DNA of 64,000 bases. Origin: Microthyrium microscopicum. Taxonomy: Eukaryota. Made by a program: the position numbers and the translations under genes. Location: contig MU004244.1 in NCBI GenBank assembly GCA_010405405.1, positions 623,895-687,894 of the forward strand. Direction: 5' to 3'. Positions 22,311-36,645 of the stretch are shown piece after piece. Under the pieces are notes generated by a model that was not told where the DNA came from, searched no databases, and worked only from the letters and a program-made list of their open reading frames with translations. Positions within the stretch are counted from its first letter, which is position 1; every line of letters begins with the position of its first letter.

Positions 22311-24323
22311 CTAAATCAAGGTGAAAGCTGAGACGATACTGGCTAGCATAACAACCAAGCCACCTGAACACTCTAAACCTCGTGACCCACCACTCGTCTT
22401 CGCGACTAAAGACGGCAAGTAAGGTTTAGGTGTTCTAGAATCGATCGTTCCATTCCAGCAATACCTGCTAAAACAGCCTTCACAAATCTTAGGCACTGTT
22501 GTCCCCGTGCGATTGAAACTGCGTGAAAGCACCGCACAGCCAGCACATGCCGGCCACTCCGGGTCCAGTGTGCCATTTGCGCGCGTGGCAGAGCCATACC
22601 CATTAGCGATGATGGAGTTTCGCTGTGAGTCTGGAATGCTCAGATCAAAGGTTGATATATTGGCAAAGTAGGATATTGGTGACATGGGCATGTAAACTAC
22701 CAAAGGCGTTCCAGCGGTGTTGTTTCCAGCATCACAGCCAAAGAACGAGGGCCTGGAGTTGAGGCCTAGGTTGATGAATGTATTCTGGTCTGGAATTGAT
22801 GGGAATCCAGAAGCGCCTTGACGGAGACCTGAAGCAAAGCGCTGATATGTAGCAACCTGTGTACAGTTAGCGCGTGTTAGAAATTATACGGTTAATGTAC
22901 TCACCATTGCTGTACCATTGGGCCAATTGGAAGTATCAGCTGAGCTGTCGACGGCGAAGATGACATCCACGTCTCGAGATGCTCTTAGTAGTGGGTGAAA
23001 GGGAATGTTTTGGAGGTCTTCACCGCCGTCAACGAGGGTCAAATTCTTGAATGCTGAATTCTGAGCAGTGCCGTTTCCATAGCCATAGAATGGATTTGGC
23101 CAATCGGATATATCCTCATTGCCAGCACCAACTCCAGCAAGTACGTCGTTCAGCAGGCTTTTGAGGGTCTTGTTGATGTCCGTATCGTTAAGATTGAGGT
23201 AAAATTGGTTGAACAATGAAGACGATGTTCCCACCACGAAACCCAAGTTGTCAAATCCTTTGACACATGTCTTGGCCGATCCTCCATTAAAGTCGGATCC
23301 GACGTATTCAAGTGGAACATAACCATTTGTGCTAGCATCGTAGCTACCAAACTCCCAGGGTGAAACTTCAAAGTTAGTTGTATTGACTGGAATCAATAGT
23401 TCTCCAGGAGCTCTCTGATCAATGACAATAAGGGGTAAAGGTGCATCTCCACTGGTGATTGGTAAACTTTGAGCCAAGGATGAGAAGTGAAAGTCTGGTC
23501 TGCCATCACTGGAGTCAAAGAGTTGATAAGAAAGCGCTCGACCCCAATAGTCGGTGAGTGTGATATCAAAACCCGCCGATTCCTTGGCTCCAACACTACT
23601 GGTGAGGTCGTCAAAATAGGAAGCCACATGTATCAAACCTCTTGGTCCTGCCAAAGTCAGCAATAGCTCCTTCCCACCAATTCCTTCACTAACCTGTCAA
23701 TATCGTAGTATCGAATTGCCATAAACTTCCAAGCCCATTCTTGCCAGTTAAGTAACTCTCTATAGGCTGGAACCCATTATAGTAGTTGCTGGCCAACAAC
23801 CAACTTCCTCCAGATAGCCCTGCAACGTAGGTCGCGCTCTGCAATAATCCACCAAGATGGCCCTTTGCGGTAGAATTCGACGTACGAATATCAAACGCTG
23901 CCAGCGCTCCTGCACCGTTCGTCAACGCCCGCCATCCACCCCCTGAGAATGCAATTCCCAAGTTAGGTAAGTTGGAAGGGTTGCTCAAGTGATTATCAAG
24001 ATATGCGTTGGTATCGAAGCCGCTGAGGTTTGCTCGTGAGAGAAAATCGCGGAGGGCAGAGATGGATTTTGGCCGGCGACTGGCCAGCCATGCTGTCTCA
24101 TTTGGTGAAAGGGCATTGGCGGAGGATACTGTTGGAACACTGGCAGGGCAGGCTACGACTGAAGGAGCGTAAGAAGATTGAGATGCGCGTTTTAGTAGAT
24201 GAACAAGGTCATTTGGAGCAGCGGCTGCTCCGGAAATGAACTGTAGCAAGAACAATACCCCTATAAAGTTAGCCAAAAGGTCAAGATCTTGAGGCTGCAG
24301 AACTTGCCTATTGTCAAATACAT
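22311..24323 (-). CDS. PLB1: Lysophospholipase / phospholipase B, secreted and probably GPI-anchored (4 exons)
   Basis: [14 protein letters not shown] nucleophile motif, [11 protein letters not shown], hydrophobic C-terminal tail. First exon MYLTIG is joined through a GC-AG intron (24261-24307). Confidence 0.92.
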
Positions 24324-25486
24324 TATCAATCTTCAAAACTATTACTGCTACAATGAAGAAAGGATTGAAAAGTCAGGATGGAGGAGGCGGTGGGGTCATT
24401 AGTCTAATAGTCCCATGTCTCGTTTGCTTCCCAGGGACCTGTTTTTAACGCCAGAAATGGAACCGTACTTGAGGATGAGGTGAGATGGGAGAGTGGCAGT
24501 GCTCAAAGAACATGCAGGTTACACTGATGGACACAGGATTATGACGAACATGACTTGGCTCTACTCTTCTTTCCAAGGCATCCGACTGGCGTTTTGGCTG
24601 GACCAAGTCTTGGACTGTTCAAAACGGAACATCCAAGAAAAGCGAAAAGAATTGAAGCATTTGGTTTTTTGAAACACGCGTTTACAGATTTAGCGAGTCG
24701 CGCTTTTGTATGATGCATCATGCGCGTACCCGATATCGCGGTAGCGCTTCGTCTTCCTGCATTATCTCTGCAAGCGCTCAGATTTCGACCTTTACTTGAT
24801 GCTTCATACTTCAGAGCCTCTTCCTTTTCGTCTAATCTTTAAGAGCCATGCTGTCTCGTACACAGTTATCGATCTAAATTTGTTAATCACCTACTAGATC
24901 TACAGCGCCGGTTCCCGATCCCGGCCCTGAACATCTCCCGCGATTCCAGTAGACAAGCATGCCATGTCCAAAACCTATAGTAACTGCAAATGAAAACTCG
25001 GATCTACTGTTGAACATCAGGCTCTTAGTAGCTTATCTTGAACTGTGGCTAGAGATGTATGTTCATCTATTCTGATGTTACTAGTTCCTGTCATAGACAG
25101 ACATCTTTGGTGGAAAGCTTACGCGATCTCGATTTAGCGACCGAGAACTCTGAGGTGCATTCTGCTCTGTTATTTCCACGCCCAAAAGGAGACCCATGGA
25201 GATCGTTGTCCCAGCAAGTGCGCGATACAAACAAAAATTTGACGCGATGAGTTGAACTTTCAACGTCAACAAACGCACTTTGCCTCAAGAAGCCCAGAGG
25301 CAGTATATTTATACCTTCCTCTAGGCACCGGACTAGTAAGAGTCAAGACCTGGGCACTCTACTAAATACGAATAAGACACAACACTGTTCACTCTTGTTT
25401 CCGAGACTCAAACTTACGGCTCATCACTGATTGTGAAAAAGTCTAATCAGGAATCTTTGGACTATTAGAAACCAAGGTTGTTCACT

Positions 25487-26250
25487 CTATCTACTCAGGA
25501 AACCATGCACAATCTGTAGCTTTGTCAAGGTAAACTCGCCATTGGTAAGATCCTTGATTCCAGCAGAGAACTTTTTGATCGGTTCGCCTTTAGCATGTGG
25601 CCCATCAAAGAACTCTTCCGTTTCCCAAACATCAACCACGTGAATCTTGTTGGTTTCCTTCTCTTGGCTTACAGTGCAACCAAGTATCTCAGGCTCAGAT
25701 GGATCCAGCTCTGATACCAAGGTCTTGAATACTGGTATAGCATCTGCCATTTTACCCTGTTGATAGCCTATGCTTGCGAAGATTACCATCATTCCCGGAG
25801 CGGGTTCCGTAGCGGACCGCCTGAAATCAATAGTTGGACTCAGAGCCGCTATATCTGGCGGGCTAACGAGAGGTGTCTCGGATTCAAAGAACTTCAGAAG
25901 ACCTTGGACAGGTGGGCAGCTCATGTGAGCATCCATTGCTGCTTGATCTGCATATCTTTCAAGGTTTAGTTGATTTTCATTGTCAATGACGCTGCGGTCT
26001 CTACTTACTGTTCGAGCATATAGATTGAGGTTTCATTCTTTTGATCTAGAGGAGTACATGTAACGTATCGAATCACTCCTGCCTTCTCATTGACTCGAGA
26101 GTATTCTGTGATCTCTTTGAAAATAGCAAGGAGCTTTTTTGTTGGTTAGAGGTAAACGATCGATCGAAAGTTCTAATGAGTGCTAACCTTGTCGCGAGAC
26201 TCTTTGTTTTTTGCCTGGAGATGGGCGGTGACCACAAGGTTACTTGACAT
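25487..26250 (-). CDS. Tandem ABM-like (dimeric alpha/beta barrel) domain protein, multi-exon
   Basis: Exon 1 MSSNLVVTAHLQAKNKESRDK/GTTAGC; further exons with QEPGV...; C-terminal SEPEILGC...IHVVDVWETEEFFDGPHAK pattern. Confidence 0.6.
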
Positions 26251-27019
26251 GATTTCTTTTTGAATGGTAGTAAAATTATATGATTTTCAGAATCAAACAA
26301 AAAGTGTAACTCTGGGAGTGAAGTTGTATTAGTATACATTCTGCGGATATCAAGTTCCGTTGGACGGGTATCCTAACACATAACAACCAGACATACATGA
26401 GTTCTTTTGAATTTATTGTTTTAGTGGATCGATGACTTCCGCTCATGTATACAAAGTGTATCTTTATTTTTATTCTATCATAGCGCGCGCTATCCGATTA
26501 TCTGTTGTATCGAAAGGCGGCATAACTTCCCAAAGCTGATCTTGAAATAGCTCAAGTAGACAACCTTGGCCACCTAAGGATCAACCATAATAGCAGAGCT
26601 AACGACGCTCTCAATGGTACGTGAGTTTGGTTCATTGTGACTTTGTTTCACTTGAGGTACTACCTACTAACGAACGTGGTAATTAAATGAGCCCGATCAT
26701 ATTGTAGTTTCTATGTCTTGGGCAGAGTCAAACCCGATGAGTTCGGTTTCGGAACAAGTACTGTTATATTTCCGTCTTGAGACATCTCAAAAGGTGTGTA
26801 GACAAGATAGCTTAGAACACCTTTCTGAATAGTATTCACATGTGACGAAGGGAGATTCTCTTGCTCATAACGTGTTGCATGTTACCCAATGTCAATCATG
26901 TCATTTGTTCATTTGCAGTCATTCTATAGAGCACTGATATTAATTCTCCCTCGCTTTGACAATTCATCGAGATGTCTACGACATGAGATGCTCCTGAGGC
27001 TATGTGCCTAAGTAAGTAT

Positions 27020-27675
27020 CTAACTGAATATCTTGATGCCGCTATCCAGAGCATTGGTGATGGCAGTAATGAGAGTGCCACCGATTGTCTGAGTACCAGT
27101 GGGCAATTTGTCGGTTGTTGCCTAAGGTAATTTAGTCAGCCATAAGGTCTACCGTTTCGAATGACCAGATCAAGATGGGAAGTACTCACTTTGGCGAAAG
27201 TGTCCGCAGCCGCTTTTTGCGCTTTAAGCTGAGTCACGACAAGAGGGCCCAAGTTTGCTTTCTTAATGATATCCTGCTTCGACGTCAAATCGGCAAGAAC
27301 CTTTTGCGCATTTGTCGCGAGTGCCGTGCCGTCTTGACTCAAAGTTAGTAGTTGGACGCTTCAAAATTTGCTTAACTTACCACTGATAAGCCCAGTCACT
27401 TCAAGTAAGCCCAATGGTTTCGCACCTTTGATTGCAGCCTCGCCAGTCTTCATAGAGTTGAGAATGGCTTGGCTTGCAGCGACAAGCTGGCTTTGGGATT
27501 TGGCAACGTCGGAAGAGGGTGTGAGCGCACTGACTTGCTGGTCAAATGCATTCAATTTTGTGTTCAGGTCAGCGAATGCGCCCGTGAGTATAGATGCTTG
27601 ACGCTTCTCAACGTTTATCAATCCAGCCAGCGATGGGACAGCCAAAAGAGGGGCGAGGAGAACTGAGAAACGCAT
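27020..27675 (-). CDS. Secreted HsbA / cell-wall mannoprotein-like helical protein (3 exons)
   Basis: Signal peptide followed by VEKR; amphipathic helices LADLTSKQDII...LVVTQLKAQKAAADTFAK/ATTDKLP...ITNALDSGIKIFS*. Confidence 0.75.
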
Positions 27676-29290
27676 TTTGAGTGTGTATCGAAGATTTCTG
27701 GGGTATTTCTTGCAACCAGACTGACTTCTTTGACCGCAAAGTACCTAACTTAGAGACTAGCGAGGCGAAATGTGTTTTGATATGATGAGCCAAAACTTAA
27801 AAGAGGCAAGGAAGTCACGATAATTGACGTTCTTTTATATCATTCACTATTGCATGCTTTCACGTTCAGATATATTTTCAACTCGGCACATTATGGCCTC
27901 AGAGCTAGCGAACAGGATCTACGCTTCTCTGAAACAACTAAAAGCTCCAAATCTCCTCTGCCGTTGAATTGAGGTGTTTTTCTACTATATAGCAATACTT
28001 TGTATAATGATCGTCCTGTTCCGCACACCAGGTGACTGAAATGTTCTAGCCGTAGACAGGATAGCATCTTCTTGCCCTTGAGAATCATTGTCTTCAGTTG
28101 TATGTTTATACAACCCTTGACCAGCTTAGCCTTGTCGACAACAGGGTTTCAATTTCGGCGATAAGTTATCAGCCTATTCAACAATGAGCATTGGTCTTTC
28201 AAAGGCCATGACTCTTAATTAAGACAAGCTGGCATGTGGGCACAATCTGACAGGAGAACCTGTGGGGTTAAAGCACTTTTCTGGGGAAGCTCGAGCTTCA
28301 TACCACCTGTCTGAAGCAGCTATAGATGATCAAGAGACTTATGTGTCAAGCAAGCGTGTAAATTAGATATAGAGGGTGAAACAGAAAAATGTTAGCACAG
28401 ATATAGAGATATAAGCTCATATCAAGTAAACTCTGCTTTGATACTAGGTATTCAGCTAGAACCCAGCAATATTCTAGTGCTAATAGTGCGTTATTGAGTT
28501 CTATTTAGGCCGACGGGTTGATAAAATGAACGGCACACTCCCAGTGACTGTGATGTCTACCACCGCAACTTGTAAAAAACATACGCTCTGATTCCCATCT
28601 GATTCGATACTTTATAGCTTTTTCCCTATGTTCGATGGGAAATAAAGTAGTCGATACCAAAGCGTAGCAGATGAGAGCCGAACAGGTTGATGAGGACACG
28701 CCATTAATCTTGTCATCCGGTTGGTACACAGTAGGCCTCTTTTTATTCTGTACCTGAAGTCAGGGCACTTTGCTCAGTTGTCATAAGACTACATTCGGCA
28801 CTTTTGGATGGTAGCAGATCTATACTTCATCACTGCAAATAAAGAAGTCTTGTTCAAAGTTGCGGTGAATATTTGGCTGGATAACCGTATTGCATAATGT
28901 GATTTCGGAAAAGCTTCATACTTTTTGGAACGCAGGAGTTTGCCAATATTGAATATCAAGACTTGGAGCGCTGCATATCGCTGCCAGAGCCATAATGATC
29001 TTTGCAGGTAAAGAGTATGACATGTATACTAGGTGAAGAAGCAGTATGTTTGTAAAATCGATGGCAGTAACATTCTTGGCCAAGGCAGCACAGCGTATTT
29101 ACCGAATTTGGTGAAAAATGTCGAAATGCCTGCAGAAAAGTAATTAAATTATTTCATGAATGGAAACGTATCAATTACAATATGCTATGTATGGATGGCG
29201 GTGAGAGTAAGCCAATGGACAAATCAAACGCTAAGCAGCAAAAAGGTTCATGCTGTCTAGAATGCAAGTCAAATTAATGCAAAAAGCCCA

Positions 29291-32200
29291 TTACGCTGGA
29301 TGACTAGCCTCCACACTGCGCGCTACCTGCTCGGTTATACTAACAGATGGAGTTGGTGCATCCTCCTCTTCCGCTGGCTTCGTTCCTGCCTCAGCCTGGC
29401 TTCTGCCCGTCGACCCCAGCACGTCTTGCACCGACTTCTTTAGGCCAACACTTGCAGTTGTTCCCTTGCTCGACTCCGAAAGCGGTGTTGGCTCAGCTGT
29501 GAGATGTGAAGCAACCTGCGGCGTAAGCGGTGGGCTCTTCGGGCTCTTGGGCGAAGGACTCCAGAGTCGTTGGAACGCACCACGCGTGTCTTCAGGCTCA
29601 GAATCAGTATCATCCAGATACGAGTCGTCCAATTCAACACTCTGCTCCCGCAAGTTCTGTGCGGCTAGGGAATCGACCGTATGATTCCGCAGCGGCTTCA
29701 TCTCCCCAGAGTCCTGGCGCATCATATCTGGTGGCAGAGATGGTGTGTTGGAGCTTTCCTGGCCTGCAACCAGTTCACCACCTGGTCCTATGGCTTTATC
29801 AACCTTGGCACGATCATTAGAAGCTTCATGCTCATCGCGAGTGACAGCAGTGAATGTGTCGCCAAAGTGAGTATCACAGAGATGTTTGACGACAGGCCAG
29901 CCGTAGGCGTTGGCAAACATGCGGCGCACAATCATGTTATTGTGGGCGTCAGGCTCGAGACGCACAAGGACTTTGCGCCAGGACAGATCGCGGTGGTAGG
30001 CACGGGCGATTTTCTCTTCGACACGCATGTTGGAAGAGTTCGAGTCATCTTTAGACATGGAGCTGGAGCGAGAGATGGTGGATATATTGCTGGCTGTGCG
30101 ACGAGGTTTGGGCATTGGTGGGGGAGGAATGTCCTCAGGGTGGTAGACGCGGTCATGGAAAATGGTTCGAGCGCGGGTTGATGGGTCGATAATCCAGGAC
30201 GTTGGTGGAGTAGGTGGTGAGAGCAAGTCGGCCGCAGATTCGAAGATGGTTGTTTTTGGGGGAGCCCGGTGGTTGTTAGGATCTTCCACAGAGTCACCAC
30301 GACTAGCAAGTGGTCGACCAGCTGCGACTTCTTTGGGCTTAGATTGATTTGGGGGGCTCGATGAGCCTTGTGTGTTTGGAGAATTGGCCTGATCTCGAGC
30401 ATCAGTCCCTTGAACTCTCAAATTATTTAAGCTTGGTTCGGAGCGAAGTGTCTGGCTTCTCGAGAACATTCTCAGATCCTTCTTGGTGGTTTTGCCCGAT
30501 GGACGAATATAACTCCAGAGGGTTTGAAAAGGTCCAAGCGACTCATTACTGTTCTTTCTGGAGCGCTGACCCTTACTACTAGTGGGACGAGAAGCGCCCG
30601 ATCTGAGACTTCTGAGTGACACGTTGTCATCATCTTCATTGATCGCATCGAGATCTGGTTGAGGAACTTCGGCATCGGGCCCATTTTCAGGGTCAAGGCC
30701 ATCGAAAACATCGCGATGAGCTAAATTGCCTTCACTATTCGTAGAGTTTTGGCCTGTCACCTCAGCCCAGCCCCATCCAAGCATAGTACCAACCAAGCCA
30801 TTATCACGACGAGCCTTTTCGACCTTGTCAAGTCCTCTCCAGTCCAGAAACAGTAAGCAGCTTGTCCGTAGTGGAACAATGCCATCATTGACAACATTGG
30901 AGTAGAGAGTCCTATTCCGAAATTTTCGGAGGATAACATGTGCAGGCCCAGTAGGCAAAATTCTCAAAAGAGGTTTCGCTCCTGGATCTTCTTGATTCTG
31001 ATTCTTCTGCCCGCTTCCTAGTCCACCAGCAAGGGCGGTCCAACCGCTTTTAGCCAAGGTTGGAGCTCGCCATGTTAGTCCTAGATCTTGACCAGTTCGA
31101 CCTACAAGTCCAAAATCAAGGGCAAACTTGACATACATGGGATTTTCGTTACTCAACCCAAGTAGAGGAGATGCCATGGCAATGAAATTGATGGGCTTGA
31201 CATGCTCGAAAAAGTGTGGAGCATGTTTTTGAATGTACGCTATGGCATATAGCTGAGTTAGACCACCCAGAGAATGACCAATAAAGCTGATACTGGTGAA
31301 AGTGTAGGCCAGGTCGTCGTTGGAAGCTTCTTCCTTGAAGATTTTACTACCTTCATGGGAAGGAACGCCAGTTTCCTGTTCATCGTGCTTTTTGGAGTGG
31401 AAAGAGTCCGCAACCTTTCTAGAGAGAGATTTTTGTTTCTCAAATCTGACTGGCTGGTCAGGAAAAGTTTGATCTAAGATATGCCTAGCAAGTCGCTTGC
31501 CGAGATATTGTATTCCTTTCTCTGTTTTTGTAGCATTGCCAAAGAAGCCTCTAACAATGATTTGTTCGTCATCGCTGTCATCGTCATCGGCATCGTTGTC
31601 TGGTATATCCTCTTGACCACCGCTCAATGGTGCGGTGGCTGCACCTCCGCCTGAGGTAGTCTTGGGCGCTTTGCCAGTTTTAGACTTTTTCGCTTCTGCT
31701 TTCCTTGCCCTGGCTTTTTCTCTGGCATGCTTGGCCGTTGCATCGATACTTTCCTTCATGAAAAGCATGTCTGCTCCAAGATTGCTGTGAAGCCCGTGAG
31801 TAACAACAACAAGATGTATCTTCTTCTTTTTCTTGCTGCGCGGCCGTTCTATTGACTTTCTGCGAGGCTGATCTGAGGATCGTCTTGCGGCATTTTCTGA
31901 AGGAGAAGACTCCCATATTGGAAGCTCCGGTCGATCCCATAAGCTTTCTGTATCATCAATGACAAGACTTATGGCCTTGGAGTATACACCGCGCTGATGC
32001 TGGCCAAAAGAATTTCGTCTCCGCTTGTTTTCTTGATTATCTTTAATCTGTCCCGGCTCTGCCTTTTTTCCTGGTACAGCACTGAAGGTATAATCCAAGG
32101 ATTTCTCATCGCGTCCAACCAGAACTTCAAATTTGACTGATGCAGATGAAGAAAACAGTATTTGCGAGGTGACTTCCAAAATCCAAGTGACAGAAGGTTT

Positions 32201-32681
32201 ATCGGAGCTAGCGTTGAGCGCATTGGCGTCTGCCAATGTTTTGACCCGTAAATCGTCAGGTATTGTCAGACGAGCAGAAAACGTAGCTCCAGCTTTGAGG
32301 AGTGGTTCAAATTGGGGTACTCCATTTCGTCGTGGATTGTCGAACTTTGTATTTGGATCGAAAGTGGAAGGGTACGCGGCGACGTGGAGAGTATAGGGCC
32401 CGTTTAGATATGCAGCTCGAAGTGGTATCGCCGAAGTATTTCTTATCCGAACATGAAGATGTGTGGGCGAGGGGATAATGCGATCAGCATGTGGTTGATA
32501 TGTTATTGTGTATCTGTTCCAAATTAGCGGTGGCGTCTCACATCGCAACTCAGGACGAAAGGATGTAGATAATAGACATCATACTCGATGGGAGCGTGCC
32601 ATCTATTGTCCACCTGTTAAGGAGCTCGTACCTGGTCAGTTCTCCGACTTTGACAGCGCCAGTCTGATGGATCAGAAGCAT
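29291..32681 (-). CDS. DUF676 putative serine esterase/lipase (Rog1/Lpl1-like)
   Basis: Exon 1 MLLIHQTGAVKVGELTR, intron ~32514-32631, then a 1000+ aa exon with HLVVVTHGLHSN, ISFIGHSLGGL and NDGIVPLRTS. Confidence 0.9.
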
Positions 32682-33508
32682 TCTCTTCGCATGGGCTGCT
32701 GCTCGGCGCTGTTCGTGAGGAGATGATAAAAGACTAAGGAAAGGAGATGCTGGTTTTGATGCGTTGGCGTCTGGCACCTGTGACAGTTGGTAGATTCGCG
32801 GTGTGAACAGCATCCGGCTAGGTCCGTCGTCCGTCGCGTGGGCTAGTTGGTGATGTGGAGTAGCTGCGCGTTAAAAGCAAGTTCCCGCGTTGCTTTGCAA
32901 GTAGTGGGCAGACTGCGTTTGGTCACTGGTGATGGAACCGCACTACAGAAAGATATTGTACAAGTGACAAGACATATCGGGAGAAGACAGACGTATGTTT
33001 GATATTGTCTCGTGCAAGACATACATTTAATCCAGGATGTCACAATTCATGGCAGTGAGGATGGGAATCGTGATTTCCGATCAGTACAGGAGATTCAACG
33101 TCACAGGCACCCCTGTAATACGCCTTTCCCGTTCTATCTTAGTGCCCCCAGCGACTGCGATATCTACCATCGCATGCGCTGGGGACCATCGACTTTCAAC
33201 CAACTTGTCAGGGTTCAAACGATTGCTTTCAGTCCGGGGAAGCTCTATTACTTGACTCTGAATGGCAACTTCTCAACAGGTCGGCCAAAAGCGACATGCG
33301 CTCAATGAGTGCGATGTCTACCATGTACTGCGCTTGCTCACAACGTACCGCTATATGAAGTTACATCGATGGCGAAAATATTTGCTCAGATAATCGATCA
33401 AATTAGAAAATCAGGTATACTATCGTTCCAAAAAGCGTTGGCAGCCATCGTCGCCGATGGGATAATGCCCTATATTGATCTCCCCGTTGGCGTCGAATGC
33501 ATATGGAC

Positions 33509-34857
33509 TCAGCTTTTATCACTGATTCTCCATCTCGATGGTTTCATATCGCCTGCAACACGTCGTCTTCTCTCTTCTTGCTCTTCCCGCTTTGTTTCGG
33601 CAACTAGAGCTTCCTTCAGAGATTCTATGAAGTTTTGTCTACGCTCACGCCAATCTGTTTGCTGGTTAGTCCTTGAAATCGGGATTAGAAGCTGCTCATA
33701 AGCTGTACTCACCAGGTAAGATTCTGTAATCTCGCTCACTTGCGCTCTGCTTGCAGGCATAGGCGTCTTTCCCGAGCTTAATAGTTAATGCAGGATTGCC
33801 GGGAATGGAGTCGATAGCACAATCTTTGAGATCCGGGGCCGTTCCAGTCAAGCAAACGATCAGCTCTGGATACCTCCCGCTAGAATCCCCGTATGGATGG
33901 TAACCTTTGAGGCAAGGCGCTTTATCACGATGCCTTAAAGCACTGCCTAATCCATGTAGGAATCGATGAATGTCGTTCTGGAGATGCTTTATCTTCAAGC
34001 CCCGGCTTATCGGACAGGACCATCGACTTTCATATTTTTTCTTTCCATCTGGTTGAAAAATGAACCAGAGTCGAGACGTTACATCTTCGACTGCAAAGAT
34101 GAATTTCCCTTCTCCGAGATCTATTGAGGATTTCTTGCTACATGTCTCCGTCTGTACGCTTAGCAGAACATTATACCTAAGGGTCTTTTTTAGTACATGT
34201 AAACTGATATTGAACCGTAGACATATCCTTACCACTCATCTAGGATTCGAAACTCTTTCATCTCCTCCTCGATCTTTTCATTCCATGCCCAGCATGCTTC
34301 ACGTCTGATCCCAGAGCTGTCCGCGCACTTCTTGTCGTATTTCGCGGTGACACCTTTCTTTTCTTGGACCGCATCACATCCTGATGGAGTAATCATAAAA
34401 GGCGGCTTGGTTGGCACAGGGCCATGTACAAAAGCATCGAATGCAGAATGAGACGACGGGAATGCGTATTCAGACTGCGTAATGTCTGTAAGTTCCTTAA
34501 GTGCTTTCTTTTCTACCAGATCAGATACTACACTGTACTTTGGGTATCTAGGCACCCACTGTCAGTATGTCATCAGTAGAACGATATTCGAGACAAAAAA
34601 TACTTTACGGCCTGCACTCTTAATAAATAGACTTTCTGGAGTGAGTAATGTAATGCCCAAGTCAAAATCCTTTCCTGTCCGGGATGATTTGGCCACGACA
34701 AGGTCCAGCGATGGTCGAATTCTTCTTGTGGCCTGAGTTCTTCTATAGAATCCTGGTAACCAAAGAGTCGTTTGAGCCTTGCATTTCCGGAGGGTGTGAT
34801 AATTGCTTCCAGAACATTTGTTAGAGAACCGGTCATGATACATGACTGTTCAGCCAT
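33509..34857 (-). CDS. Hypothetical multi-exon protein (model uncertain)
   Basis: Chained minus-strand ORFs (34573-35070, 34229-34555, 33696-34235, 33509-33760) separated by plausible GT...CTAA/CTGAC...AG introns; no recognised motif. Confidence 0.35.
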
Positions 34858-35271
34858 AGTGGACGAGATGGTCAAAGGCAGACTGGTAGGAGATAATGAT
34901 GTTCCTTGGAAGAGAGTAGGTTTCAGCCTCCAGCGATTTTCAAGCCTTATATTCTGGCCAAAGCTCTTGGCGAGCTGGTTTTTTGGTGGGCTGATTAATT
35001 GGTTCCAGTATACGATGTTGTGGTCGCGAATGTTTGGTGTACTCTTTTCGCTAGCTATCCCGCGAACCAATCTTGAGGTCTTGGACTTGATGAAGGCATA
35101 TCACGTTGCATATGCACAGATAGAATAGGGTCAGGTTCGATAATGATAATAGCGTTTCATACTACATGGGTTGTCGGTGGGTATCTTCGTCATAATTCAT
35201 AGAATGCTTCCCCCAGAAATAGCAAACAAGTTCGATCACCAAAACGCCAGTTACTTCAACAATAAAGGCAG

Positions 35272-36645
35272 CTACCTGGGAGGATATGAATTCCTTCGAT
35301 CATATCGCACCAATCGTCCGTTTTCTAGTCGAGCTTGGGGCACGCGTGACAATGGAGCTAATAAACTCAATGGATCACTCTGTTGCTGGGCCTCCCACGT
35401 CTGCGACTCCAGCAAAGTAGGTTTGTCCCACTCGCCGTTGGAGGATGTTGGCGAGTACATGTTGTAGAACTTTGGATTGTCTCGGGTTCGAAGCTCGACT
35501 TTTGAGTCACTGCTAGGGGTGATATAAGGTTTGCTGATGCTGCTTTTGCGTACGTAGTGACCATAGCTGTCGACTGAGTAGCCGCGTTTGCGTAACTTGT
35601 TAGGTGTCGAGGGGCGTGATGAATTCCTGACCCTGATGGGCCTGATAAGGCTTCGGAAGAGTGGGCGAAGAGTTGCTAGACAGGCGGCAGTTATTCCCAA
35701 CCCGCCTTCGATGAGGGACCATTGCCCAAGACCCAGCGAAGTAGCATAAAAGTCTAACGAAGTGGAGCCCAGGAAAGGTATAAACTTGAGCCGGACGATA
35801 GAAGCCACACTTCCACTGGACAATCATTAGCAGATTGAAACACTGCTGCAATTTGGGGTCAGACTCACCCTACAGCCAAGGTTAATATAAAAACAACGGT
35901 TGCCTTCTCGCGCTTTCCCATGAGGGTATCTTTCAGCACCCACATGGGAAGCAGCGCAAAGGTCAAGTCCGTGGTTAGTGTTATGATTGCATGTGTATAT
36001 CCCATGGCAACTGCCCCTGGCCCAGAAACACATTTTTCGCCTGTAGCTCTTTTAAGGCTGAACTCCAAGATGTTTCTGAATGTACCGCATTGGAAAATCG
36101 TAAAAAAGAAGAATGCCACTGATAATAAAGAAGACAAAGTCACTGCCATGTATACAGTGTATTTGTGCCATTTTTGAATGCAGATAGCGCGTAGAAAGAA
36201 GATTGCCAGCGAGATTTTCAGAATGCCGATAGTGAGAGCATAAGAGCTTTCTGTTATTAGAAGATACTGCTTGAGATGAGTATTTGTATGCTAATATTGG
36301 TCTGTACTTACGGTAAGCGATGCTTGCCATTCGTCCAACGTGAGACTGTATCTTCCAACAACTGTGAGATGGACCAGGAGCAAGCCGGCGCAATAGATGG
36401 TGAATGCTACCTGTTCAAGTCAATTTCAATTCCCAGTCCGTAGTAGACATAAAACCCACGAGAGCCAGCAGCATGATGTAATCATCATTGCCAAGTTTTT
36501 TGAGTATACATGCTCGAGTGAAAAGTCGAAGCCCGACGACAGCATAGCAGATGACTCCAAAGATTGTAACCAAGGAAGGTGTTATGATATTTGGGGGTAC
36601 TCGTGTGATTTTGATCGTAGGACCCGTGTCATCGTTGCCAGCCAT
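35272..36645 (-). CDS. PTH11-like (fungal rhodopsin-domain) integral membrane protein
   Basis: VGLRLFTRACILKKLGNDDYIM, ILKISLAIFLLR, TIFQC, TDLTFALLPMW, VASIVRL, WSLIEGGLGITAACLATLRPLF. Confidence 0.88.
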
